From positions 3,906,001-3,970,000 of the forward strand of contig CAKKNE010000002.1 in assembly GCA_918797485.1 (NCBI GenBank): a stretch of DNA of 64,000 bases. Reading direction: 5' to 3'. The notes beneath the pieces were generated by a model, which saw only the letters and a list, made by a program, of their open reading frames with translations, had not been told where the DNA came from and did not search any database. Shown piece by piece: positions 10,691 to 19,972 of this stretch; position 1 is the first letter of the stretch, and each line of letters begins with the position of its first letter. The stretch comes from Pelagomonas calceolata. Its lineage: Eukaryota. A program made the position numbers and the translations under genes.

Positions 10691-11587
10691 ATGGCTGCCC
10701 TCGAAGAAGCCGCGGCCCGGCTCGCGAACGTTCAGCTGACCGACGACGCCGCCGCCGCGCCGCCGGCGCTGGCGCAGCCGCAAGCGCCGCCGCCGCTCGG
10801 CGCAACTCTACAAACGCAACCCCAGGCGCCGCCGCCGCCGCCGCTGCTCGGCGCCGCGCTACAAACGCAACCCCTGGCACCACCGGCTGCGCCGCTGCCA
10901 CCGACGACGCCCGCGCTCGGCCGGCCGCGCAGCGCGTCGACGGCCTCGGCCATCAGCGAGCTCACGGCGACGCCCGCGACGCAAGCGCCGCCGTCGACGG
11001 CGCGGCGCACGCCCGGCGGCCGCCGGTCGACGGCCTCGCCGGCCTTCTCGCCGGCCTTCAGCACCATGTCCGTGCGCGGCGAGATCCGCGTGCCGAACCG
11101 CCGGTCGACCTTCGGCAGCACGACGTCTTCATTAAGAAGCAGCGGCTCGCACCCCTGGACGGCGGCCGCCGCGGCCGCCGCGCGGCGCGGCCAGGAGGAG
11201 GCCTTCCGGCGCGAGGCGAACGAGGCGAACATCATCCGCGCCGACGAGGCGACGACGACCATGACGATCCGCCCGGACTCGCCGCCGCAGCGGCGCTCGC
11301 TGCTCATGGACACGCTCACGCGGCAGCTGCGGCGCGAGCAGCGCGACTCGGGCGCGACGCGGTCCGTCGGCCGCGAGGCGCCGCCGCCGTCCGGCGACGG
11401 CCTCGGCGCGTCGCCGGCGACGCCGGCGCCCGGCGCGCGGCGGCGGCGCACTGCTGCGCCGCCGAGCGACGTCACGAACACGACGGCGCGGCGGCGACCC
11501 ACGTCGAAGGCGGGAAAGAAGCCCACGCCAGCACTCGCCAGGCGCGGCCGGGCGAAGGATCAGCCGTCGATGCTCGGCTTCCGCTAG
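10691..11587 (+). CDS. Low-complexity Pro/Ala/Ser/Thr-rich hypothetical protein
   Basis: ATG 10691, strong GC3 bias, internal repeat LQTQP; no domain recognised. Confidence 0.5.
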   Translation: MAALEEAAARLANVQLTDDAAAAPPALAQPQAPPPLGATLQTQPQAPPPPPLLGAALQTQPLAPPAAPLPPTTPALGRPRSASTASAISELTATPATQAPPSTARRTPGGRRSTASPAFSPAFSTMSVRGEIRVPNRRSTFGSTTSSLRSSGSHPWTAAAAAAARRGQEEAFRREANEANIIRADEATTTMTIRPDSPPQRRSLLMDTLTRQLRREQRDSGATRSVGREAPPPSGDGLGASPATPAPGARRRRTAAPPSDVTNTTARRRPTSKAGKKPTPALARRGRAKDQPSMLGFR

Positions 11588-12159
11588 GCGTATCGCGGGT
11601 AAAGCTAGAAGTACCCAACCTTGCCCGATGGCGTCCAGGGTGGAGAGTAATCCTCGCGAACGTTCCTCGCGGCTCCCTAGGCAGAGCGGGAATTAAGCTC
11701 TGAACTTCACTATTCGGGGTCAGTCGTTTGCGTCTGTTTTCAGCCACATCCGCCTGAAGGCTATATATATGCTATACTATGTACTAAGTATATGGCGCGC
11801 GTATAGCGGCGTATATATACGGATTCCTAGTGTGTTGATACGCTAGATCACTAGGCCTTGCGGCTCGCCAAAATACACCAGCGACTGACGGTGCCATCTA
11901 CCGTCCAAATGGTACATCATATCAACTCCAGCTCAGTTTTCATACAAGTTGGACGGAACCGGAGCCGACGGCCCGCGCTCGGAGGGCGGGAAAAGAATTC
12001 TACTAGACAACTCTCGCGTTTATGTTCGTTTTTTCCCGTTTGTTAGTGGTAGAGTCCATCTAGGCCGATTGAACCATTACCTATCTATATTAGGGGCTCC
12101 GTTAGAGCCGCGCGAAACGACCAATCCGCGCCCCCACGTTTGCACATAGAAGAGCTCAG

Positions 12160-12535
12160 AACCTAAACCTGCGAGTATCAGCGACGCCACCATCTAGATG
12201 GACCACAACGCCGTTATTCTATTCACGATCGACCGACTTGCCCGTTCTCCGCGGACGACGGTGCGTACGCGGGGCACTGAATTGGCCCCAGACCGGTAGT
12301 TTATAAAGTAAATTTGCGTTTCAGGCGCTTCGGTTGTGGGACGGGCCAGATAACCGGCCTGACTGTGTACTACATTGCTCCGAGACCCAAAGATGCTCGG
12401 CGCGGGTCGTCGTTCTCGCGAGCCCACGATCTGGCTCAAATCGGCCCGAGACCCAAACCTGCGACCATCAGCCCGTGTACCTTCACCATGAACCATGACG
12501 CGATCATTTGTTCCATGATCGACCGACTTGCACGA
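12160..12535. repeat. Degenerate direct repeat at 290-bp offset within a gene-free, lower-GC region
   Basis: AAACCTGCGA at 12165 and 12455; ATCGACCGACTTGC at 12228 and 12518. Confidence 0.7.
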
Positions 12536-13157
12536 GGTCCAGATGCAGATGTTCACGTCCCCAGCGCGGTCGGCCCAAAGTACCCTTCTCGTGGTGTAGA
12601 TGGCATATACTTGTAGTTGACTATCGGTGGGGTAGTATGGGGCCCGACGAGACCGCTATGACGATTCCTGGGGCCCTAGAGAAATTGACGTTTTTGACGG
12701 GAACTGGGCGCGATCGGGCCCGAATTGCACACTTTTTTCGGATGCAGATCGGCTCCCGGACGCCCTCCGGGATATGTCTGGGGTCGGGTAGTCGCCTACG
12801 CCGCATGCGCCCGTACTTGGAGCTCCCCAGAGAGCTTTGGATCGAAATCTTTGGCAAATCATGGTCCAGAGCAATAGAGCGCAGAGGACCTTGCCTATAT
12901 GTATGCACCGATGGGAGCGCCCGCGCATGCGGCGTAGGCGGTTACACACTACTACTAACGACCCTAGGCGACCCCGGGGAGACCTCAGGACCACGAATTG
13001 ACAGATTTCCACTGACGCGGCCGTCATGCGGGACCGTCAATATCGCGAATTAAAAAAATTAATTTTTTTGGCCCCCAGGACGTGCCCCATTGATCTCTTT
13101 GGACCAGTAGCGAACCGAACGGTACTCGAACGGCTGCATGTCGAATCGATTTTTTCC

Positions 13158-13181
13158 CTAGTGGCCTTAAGGCGCGCTAGC
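13158..13181 (+). promoter_or_regulatory. Degenerate bipartite CTAG motif
   Basis: CTAGTGGCCTTAAGGCGCGCTAGC, upstream of bestrophin. Confidence 0.5.
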
Positions 13182-13403
13182 ATCATCGAGGATGCGCATA
13201 CGTACAGCTCGAAGCCTTCGTCTGCTAAGCCGACTCACGTGGTTTCTATAAACAGTTTTGGCTGCGCGCGCGGCCACACGCAGTCGTAGCTATATAGATA
13301 AGCACATAGAGCAGTACCATAGGCTTTGCAGGCTAGCACAGCTCAGGCACGGCAGCTACGAGAACGTAACACGCGACGCTCGTAAAAGACACACAGCAAC
13401 CAC

Positions 13404-14612
13404 ATGGCCGCCGCGAAATCCTCCGCGGACCGGCACGCGTCGGACACAGCCGTCGACACGGTCTGGCCCGATAGAACGCAATCACCACCGACCACGCCGT
13501 CGACACCGGACACTCCAGCAAGAGAACAAGAACGCCTCGCGCACCTGCGCACGAAGGCCGCGCGGGCCTACGCGAGTTATGATCCGAAGCACTGGACCAG
13601 CCACATCGTCACGACGCGCGGCCGCAGCGGCCACCACGTCTGGCAGCCGTTATTGTGGGTGTTGCTCGTGTCGATCTTCGCGGCCTGGAGCGCGCAGAAC
13701 GCGGAGAAGCTCGGCGTGTCGCAGCGGCGCTGGAACAAATGGTTGCTGAAGATCGAGCCCGTCGAAGCGTTATTGCGGCTCGTCATGTCCTTTTTGCTCG
13801 TGTTTCGACTAGGTAGAAGCGCCCAGCGCTACTGGGAAGCCCGACAGAAAGCAGGAGCATTAATCGAAGTGTGTCGAGTGATCGCGTCGACGGCCTGCGC
13901 GCACATGGTCTTCGGCGACGATCTTCGAAGGGTGGAGCATCGCATGCACTGGCCCAAGGCACCACCCTCAACGGAAGAGAAGGACGAGGTCTGGATGAGC
14001 ACGACGTGCAGTCCGGCGTCGGCGATCTGTCGGTGGGTCGTCGTTTTTCCGATCGCGGCGAAGAATTACTTGAGGAGCGAAGGCGGTGATCCGAAGGAGC
14101 TCGACGGACTGTTATCCACGGGTGAAGTGGACGAGTTATTTGCGGCCCCGAACCAGTGCCTCTACGTCCTAGATACGATGCGCGGCCTGTCGGCCTCGTG
14201 GGCGGCCAAAGCCGTACACAATGGTGCTTGCGCGGAAGTGGTAGCACAGGTCTTCGGGGCCCTGACGCGGCAAATAGATCTGCTGACGGGGACGTTTGGA
14301 GGCATGGAACGGATAAACAACACGCCGCTGCCCTTTGTGTATGTTTCTCATTTGAGAACGTCCTTGACGGTCTACCTAACTCTGGTACCGATTGTTTTCG
14401 CGCCTATTTGGTTGTGGGCGACGCCGCCTTTGACACTAATCGTCGCGTGGGCGTTGTTAGGTATTGAGGCGGCGGCCGTGGAGTGCGAGCGACCGGTCCG
14501 AGGCTGCGCGAACCACATGCCCCTCGAGGCTTTTTGTGCGGTCGTCGCCGACAACGTGCGCCAGACGCTCCAACACTCCGCGAGCATGGGGGCAAAATTA
14601 AGGAGTAGATAG
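13404..14612 (+). CDS. Bestrophin-like (UPF0187/YneE-type) anion channel
   Basis: FLLVFR...RYWEAR, ERINNTPLPFVY, LLGIEAAAVECERP motifs and TM segments. Confidence 0.9.
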   Translation: MAAAKSSADRHASDTAVDTVWPDRTQSPPTTPSTPDTPAREQERLAHLRTKAARAYASYDPKHWTSHIVTTRGRSGHHVWQPLLWVLLVSIFAAWSAQNAEKLGVSQRRWNKWLLKIEPVEALLRLVMSFLLVFRLGRSAQRYWEARQKAGALIEVCRVIASTACAHMVFGDDLRRVEHRMHWPKAPPSTEEKDEVWMSTTCSPASAICRWVVVFPIAAKNYLRSEGGDPKELDGLLSTGEVDELFAAPNQCLYVLDTMRGLSASWAAKAVHNGACAEVVAQVFGALTRQIDLLTGTFGGMERINNTPLPFVYVSHLRTSLTVYLTLVPIVFAPIWLWATPPLTLIVAWALLGIEAAAVECERPVRGCANHMPLEAFCAVVADNVRQTLQHSASMGAKLRSR

Positions 14613-15929
14613 TTAGATGGGGGAGGTGATCGTCATGCCTCCCAGCGAGAAGCTTCGATAGGACGCGAACGCCTGCTCGAAGTCCGCGACCAAATCCCTT
14701 GGATCCTCGACGCCGACACACACGCGGACGATGTCTTCCGGGAAGTCGCGCGACGCGCGCACCTCGGCCGGAATCGACGCGTGGGACATGTCGCAGGGAC
14801 AGCTGATGAGCGAGTGCACGGAACCGAAGGACACCGTGATGCTGAAAAGCTTCGTCGCGGAGACGACATGCTTTGATAATTCCACATCCCCGGTCGTGAA
14901 GCAGACGACACACCCGCCGCCCGTCGCTTGAGATAAATGTAATTCGCGGTCGGGATGATCGTCAGACGTCGCGTAGTAGACCTTGGTGACGAGCTTGTGC
15001 TGTCGGAGGTACGACGCGATGGCAATGGCGTTCTGTTGGGCCCGGTCCACTCTAAGAGCCATGGTCTTCAAGCCTCGCAGCGCCAAAAAACAGTCAAAAG
15101 GAGCTAGTCCAGTACCCTCGGCGTTCTGCACGAAGTACAATCTTTTAAATAAAGCTTCGTCGTCGACGCAACAAACGCCGGCCATCGTATCCGAATGACC
15201 GCAGATGAATTTCGTGGCACTATGTACGACGATATCCGCGCCTAGTGCTAAAGGCTTCTGCAACAGTGGCGACATGAGCGTGTTGTCCACTTCTAGGAGC
15301 GCATTGTGCTTCTTGCAGACGGCGGAGAGACCTCGCAAGTCGCAGACGCGCTGCATCGGATTGGTGGGACTCTCGACCATGACGAGCTTGACGCGGTCCG
15401 TGAAGGCCCGCTCCAACCGCGCGGGACCGTCGGGCCCGTCCATGGCCACGTACTTCACCGTCACGCCGGCCTCCTTCGCGCCCTTGGCTAGTAAGCGGTA
15501 CGTACCTCCGTACGAATCGTCGCTCAGCAACACCTCGTCCCCGGACGAACACAACCGCACGACGGCGGCTAAAGCGGCCATGCCCGTCGAAAATGCTAAA
15601 CAGTGGTTGCAGCCCTCGGCGTCGGCGACGGCGCTCTGTAGCGCGGTTCGCGTCGGATTGCCGGACCGCGTATAGTCAAAGTCCCCAAATTCCGTGGCCG
15701 ACGCCTGCTGGAAGGTCGCCGTCACGTAGACGGGCATGTTCGCGGCCCCGTAGGGGTCCGGTTGGGGCGCGTGGCCCTGCACTAATCTAGTTTCGACGCC
15801 GAGCGTCTTTGTGGAAGGCGCGCTGGCCCACTTCTTCGGTGGTTGCGAGAAGGCCTTCACGACATCTTTCGCTGCTTGGACGTGGCCCTTGGCTCTCAAG
15901 TAGTCGACGACCTCCTGCATGCCGGCCAT
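14613..15929 (-). CDS. metC: Cystathionine beta-lyase (Cys/Met metabolism PLP enzyme)
   Basis: DYTRSGNPTR, ESPTNP, VDNT, HSATKFICGHSD (PLP lysine), ITVSFGSV, PCDMSHASIP; beta- versus gamma-lyase assignment is inferred. Confidence 0.85.
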   Translation of the reverse strand: MAGMQEVVDYLRAKGHVQAAKDVVKAFSQPPKKWASAPSTKTLGVETRLVQGHAPQPDPYGAANMPVYVTATFQQASATEFGDFDYTRSGNPTRTALQSAVADAEGCNHCLAFSTGMAALAAVVRLCSSGDEVLLSDDSYGGTYRLLAKGAKEAGVTVKYVAMDGPDGPARLERAFTDRVKLVMVESPTNPMQRVCDLRGLSAVCKKHNALLEVDNTLMSPLLQKPLALGADIVVHSATKFICGHSDTMAGVCCVDDEALFKRLYFVQNAEGTGLAPFDCFLALRGLKTMALRVDRAQQNAIAIASYLRQHKLVTKVYYATSDDHPDRELHLSQATGGGCVVCFTTGDVELSKHVVSATKLFSITVSFGSVHSLISCPCDMSHASIPAEVRASRDFPEDIVRVCVGVEDPRDLVADFEQAFASYRSFSLGGMTITSPI

Positions 15930-16068
15930 GTAGCTGTTGCAGCGATACTTGTTTGCGGGTGCAGCAGTGCGGCGTCGACCGGTGTGCCAGTGCTAGCAAC
16001 GCAGGCACGCAACGCGTGTGATTTGCGGCAATACAGCCAAACGCAAGAGTGCAAGCCCCAAAATAGTT

Positions 16069-16090
16069 GCTAGCGTCGTATCGATACTAG
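16069..16090 (-). promoter_or_regulatory. Degenerate bipartite CTAG motif (divergent spacer)
   Basis: Reverse complement CTAGTATCGATACGACGCTAGC. Confidence 0.45.
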
Positions 16091-16298
16091 TTTTGACGGG
16101 AAGCGCGAAAGCGGCGCCTAATCGCCCACTAGAAGCACTCACAGATTCGCACCGCGTTGGTTCATACATTAGACATCGCTCCGGAGCCGCACGAGGCTTG
16201 CGCGCTCCACTAGAAGCACACACGCGATTCACCCAGCAGCCTATCCAAACTGCTGCGCACAAATCCGCACGATGCATGGATATAAGTGGATATAAGTG

Positions 16299-19200
16299 AT
16301 GGGCAAGGAGCGCGGCGGCGGCAGCACGTTCTTCGCGGCGCTGCTCGTGACCTGCGGCATCCTCTCCTTCGGGCTCCTGGAATGGCGGCTCTCGAAAACT
16401 CTGAGCCACCACCCCACGCGACACGAGGGCGACGGTCCGTGGCTGAAACCGCGCGTCTACCACCGCCGGAGGAATAGTGAAGGCGTCGGCAGCGGCGCGT
16501 CGTCCGCGGCCGCGGCCGAGGCCGCGGCGGCGCGCGCGGCCAGGGCCGCGGACCGCGCCTACGCGGCGTCGTTGACGGCGAAGGACGCCGCCGGACAAAC
16601 GAGGGCACAAGTTGCCGAAGAGGACGCGGCCTTCGCGGCGCACCTCGCCGTCGTCCCGCCGCCCCATCGCCGCGCCAAGGTCCCGCACGCGCCAAAAGCG
16701 CGGAACCCGCTGCGCTACTGGACCGCGACGCAGTCCGCCCGGGACGCCGAGCTGCTAAGGACCGGCAAGGTGCCTCCCGTGAAGTCGGAGCCGGAGACGT
16801 TTCTGACTTTTGTGCCTGACGTCGGTGGGTTTAACAACGTGCGCCTGGCGCTGGAGAACGTGCTGGTCATCGCGCGGGCCACGTCGCGGACGTTAGTGCT
16901 GCCCCCGCCGCAAACATGGTACAAGCTTGGTGATAAAATACATGCGTTGGAGGAGTTCTTGCCCGACCTATTGACTTCTCAAAGAGTTTCAGTGATCACC
17001 GCGCAACATTTCGTGGAAGACAAGCTGCCGAGGACGCACGCGCTACCACCACCATCAAATGTCGTAGACGTCGTGAAGGGGTGCCACCCGACGCACAAGG
17101 CTCCCGACTCGTGCTTCGTCTGGTATGCCTGGCTCGAGGAGCATTTTGGGCGTAACGAGGTCATCCCGGACGTTGGTCTAACCTGTCTCGTCTTCGGTTC
17201 ACTGAAAACGAACAAGTGCGGCCCCAAGACGTCGTCATTTACAACAAAACAACAAGCCCACAATCGAACTTTGCTAGATGGCTACGGTTTGTATGGAGCG
17301 GCCGAGGGCCCGATCCTCCACATGCGTTCGTCGGGCCAGGCCACGCATTTTCATGAGGAGATCGAGGCCAATAGGAAGGGTCGAGCAAAGGACAAAAAAA
17401 TAAAACCGATGGAGCCCGCGAGATTAGGGAGACTATTAGCGCCGTTCTACGCCTACGTCATCTTCCCCGAGCCTTCGGTGTCGAACTTCTACAAGCGTTT
17501 GATACGGGACGTCGTCCACTTCGACGACCGTATATATAAGTGCGCCCACGTTATAACAAGGTGGCTCGGTGACTATTCGTCATTACACGCGCGGCGCGGC
17601 GACTTCCAGTACTCTTCCCAAGGTACTGAGGAGGTCGTGCTGCGAAGTGTGAAGCGGGGCGAGGTGTTGTGGATAGCGTCGGACGCGTCCTTCCGGTCAT
17701 TCAGCGCTTTTGAGAGAGCGGGCCGGCCTGTTGTTTCTTTAGCTTACTTGCTCGATCTACAACGGCGCCAAAAGCGGCACATCATCATCGAGCGGCGCCT
17801 GGACGGCCTGTCGATGCCGCCCCACGAGGTCTGGGCGGCGCTAGAAAATATAAGGGAGCACGAATATGGCGTCGTGGACGTCTTGGTGGCGGCCGAGGGC
17901 CGGACCTTCACGGGGACATGGTTTTCTACTTTTTCTGGGTTGATCCAGAGGATCCGCGGCTATCGCGGGAAAAATGATAGAGACACGTTCTTCTCTTCTC
18001 GAGAACGGTGGGCGGCCTTCCAGGGCTTCGAGAGCCCCAGGGCACCCTTGTACCAGCGCGAGTGGCCGGCGGCGTGGCGCGGCATCGATTCTGACATAGA
18101 AGCCGCGCCGTTAGCCGGCGAACGTTCCTATGATAGGGACGACGTCTGGCAGTTACAAAGAAGGTACCCCGCGCTCGATTCGAAGAGCTGGCACCCTCAA
18201 ACCGCCTGCGACCTCCCTCCTAAAATGCGCTACTGGTCGCCGCCCGAGACCTCCGACCTAGATAGGCGGTTGCTAAAAGACGGCCGCGTCCCGCCCCTCA
18301 ACCGCGACCGGTTCCTGACCTTCGTGCCCGATTTAGGAGGCTTCAACAACGTCCGCTTAGCCCTCGAGAACGTCGTGGTCTTGGCTCGCGCGACGGGAAG
18401 GACACTCGTCCTGCCGCCTCCCCAAACCTATTATTTGTTCACGGCCTGCAAGGAGAAGTGCGCCTTCGGGCTGGAGGAGTTGCTGCCGGGGTTACTCGCG
18501 AGGAAAGATTTGGTTATTACGGCTCGGGAATTCTTCTCCGAAGAGGTCCCGCGACTCAAGGTCGATCCTCCCCAACATTTGAGCGACGTCGTGGACCGCT
18601 GCACGCCCACGAAAAAGGCGGGCGACTCGTGCTTTCTGTGGTACGACTGGCTCGAAAGTAATTTCGGCGACCCGGAGCACTTCCCGGACGTCGGGCTGCA
18701 GTGCGTCGTCTTCGGGAACAAGTCAGATGATGGCATCGCGGACTTCTGCGCGCCGCGCACGCAGATCAATGGCGCCGTTGCGCGGCAAGTTGTGGATGGC
18801 GACGCCTACTACGGTACAAATACACCAATCTTGCATCTAAGGACGTGCGGCGTCGCGACGCACTTCCACGACGCCTGGCACGGCAAGCCCAAGGGGGATA
18901 GGACGGTGGAGCCCGCGCGCATGGGCCGCTTATTGGCGCCGTTCTACACGTATATCTACTTCGCGGATCCCGCAGTGAACAACTTCTACAAGCGACTCGT
19001 CAGAGATGTGGTAAGGGTCGACGAGCCGCGCGTCACGTGTGTTTCCGGAAAAATTGTGGAGTGGCTCGGTGGGAATTATGTAAGCGTCCACGCGCGGCGC
19101 AACGAGTTCCAGTTTGTGGAAGCGAAGACCGGAGTGTCAGATGCGGTGCGGAGGACCATGCCGGATTCTACTTCTACCGTCTACGTCGCGACGGACGAGA

Positions 19201-19652
19201 AGGACGCGACGTTTTTTGATGAGTTGCGAGCCCATCATCAGGTCGTGTTATTGAGTGAACTACTGGAGGCGGCTCAAAATGTTTCGCGGGGGCTCGCGCT
19301 CCGGTCCGGGAACTGGCCATCAAAAAGTGTTCTCCTGGCACTCAACCGCATCAACGGCAACGAGCTCGGCTTCGTGGATGCGTTAATAGCGTCGCAGGGT
19401 ACCGTTTTCACGGGCGCCTGGTTCTCGACCTACACCGGTCTGATAAATCGGTGGCGGGGCTACGGCGGCTTCCCTGATCAAAGTTCGTACTTCTCGACGC
19501 CGGGGCGCTTCAACGCGTTCCAAGGGTTTGAGAAGCCGCGGTCTCCACTATATATGCGCGAGTGGGTCGAGGGCTGGCGCGGCATCGACTCGGATTCGGC
19601 CGCGGCGCCGCGGCCCGGCGAGCGCGTCTTCGTCGACGGCGCTTACGACTAG
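16299..19652 (+). CDS. Type II membrane protein with two tandem GDP-fucose O-fucosyltransferase (POFUT-like) domains
   Basis: N-terminal TM; duplicated GGFNNVRLALEN...RTLVLPP, HARRGDF/HARRNEF, IASD/VATDE, FTGxWFSTF/Y. Confidence 0.85.
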   Translation: MGKERGGGSTFFAALLVTCGILSFGLLEWRLSKTLSHHPTRHEGDGPWLKPRVYHRRRNSEGVGSGASSAAAAEAAAARAARAADRAYAASLTAKDAAGQTRAQVAEEDAAFAAHLAVVPPPHRRAKVPHAPKARNPLRYWTATQSARDAELLRTGKVPPVKSEPETFLTFVPDVGGFNNVRLALENVLVIARATSRTLVLPPPQTWYKLGDKIHALEEFLPDLLTSQRVSVITAQHFVEDKLPRTHALPPPSNVVDVVKGCHPTHKAPDSCFVWYAWLEEHFGRNEVIPDVGLTCLVFGSLKTNKCGPKTSSFTTKQQAHNRTLLDGYGLYGAAEGPILHMRSSGQATHFHEEIEANRKGRAKDKKIKPMEPARLGRLLAPFYAYVIFPEPSVSNFYKRLIRDVVHFDDRIYKCAHVITRWLGDYSSLHARRGDFQYSSQGTEEVVLRSVKRGEVLWIASDASFRSFSAFERAGRPVVSLAYLLDLQRRQKRHIIIERRLDGLSMPPHEVWAALENIREHEYGVVDVLVAAEGRTFTGTWFSTFSGLIQRIRGYRGKNDRDTFFSSRERWAAFQGFESPRAPLYQREWPAAWRGIDSDIEAAPLAGERSYDRDDVWQLQRRYPALDSKSWHPQTACDLPPKMRYWSPPETSDLDRRLLKDGRVPPLNRDRFLTFVPDLGGFNNVRLALENVVVLARATGRTLVLPPPQTYYLFTACKEKCAFGLEELLPGLLARKDLVITAREFFSEEVPRLKVDPPQHLSDVVDRCTPTKKAGDSCFLWYDWLESNFGDPEHFPDVGLQCVVFGNKSDDGIADFCAPRTQINGAVARQVVDGDAYYGTNTPILHLRTCGVATHFHDAWHGKPKGDRTVEPARMGRLLAPFYTYIYFADPAVNNFYKRLVRDVVRVDEPRVTCVSGKIVEWLGGNYVSVHARRNEFQFVEAKTGVSDAVRRTMPDSTSTVYVATDEKDATFFDELRAHHQVVLLSELLEAAQNVSRGLALRSGNWPSKSVLLALNRINGNELGFVDALIASQGTVFTGAWFSTYTGLINRWRGYGGFPDQSSYFSTPGRFNAFQGFEKPRSPLYMREWVEGWRGIDSDSAAAPRPGERVFVDGAYD

Positions 19653-19972
19653 TGTCTTAGGTAATGTGTGTGTATTCTAACAAATCTGCTGCGCCCTCCG
19701 AGGTACAGGTTCGCCACGGACTCGTCCACTCCGGCGCGCGTGTCGTGTGGCCTTTCGCGCGCTCAGCCTTCGTCTCCAAAGGAGGTAGTCACTGGGGATC
19801 GGTCTCGAACCGAGCTCGACGATGCGGCACGGATGCGTGGTGTCGGCTAGTGGGTTCTGGATCGCGAACGTTCGGGGTGAGTTTTGCTCGAAATTGCACC
19901 ACACGTTTGACACGCGCGCGGCGCCCCCGGTACTTGACCCACGCTACTACGCCGCCAGGACAGGCCCCTAGC

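Noticed and set aside
13160..13175. TTAA-flanked transposon end (piggyBac/Kolobok-like)
   Set aside because: No matching left end found; better explained as a variant of the promoter motif
11858..13289. Short ORFs in the low-GC island as transposase or viral genes
   Set aside because: No recognisable motifs, mostly non-ATG starts, no host codon bias
16300..19650. Apparent alternation of CpG-dense and CpG-poorer patches (nucleosome-scale periodicity)
   Set aside because: Impression only; it needs CpG autocorrelation, and such periodicity is already described for pelagophytes
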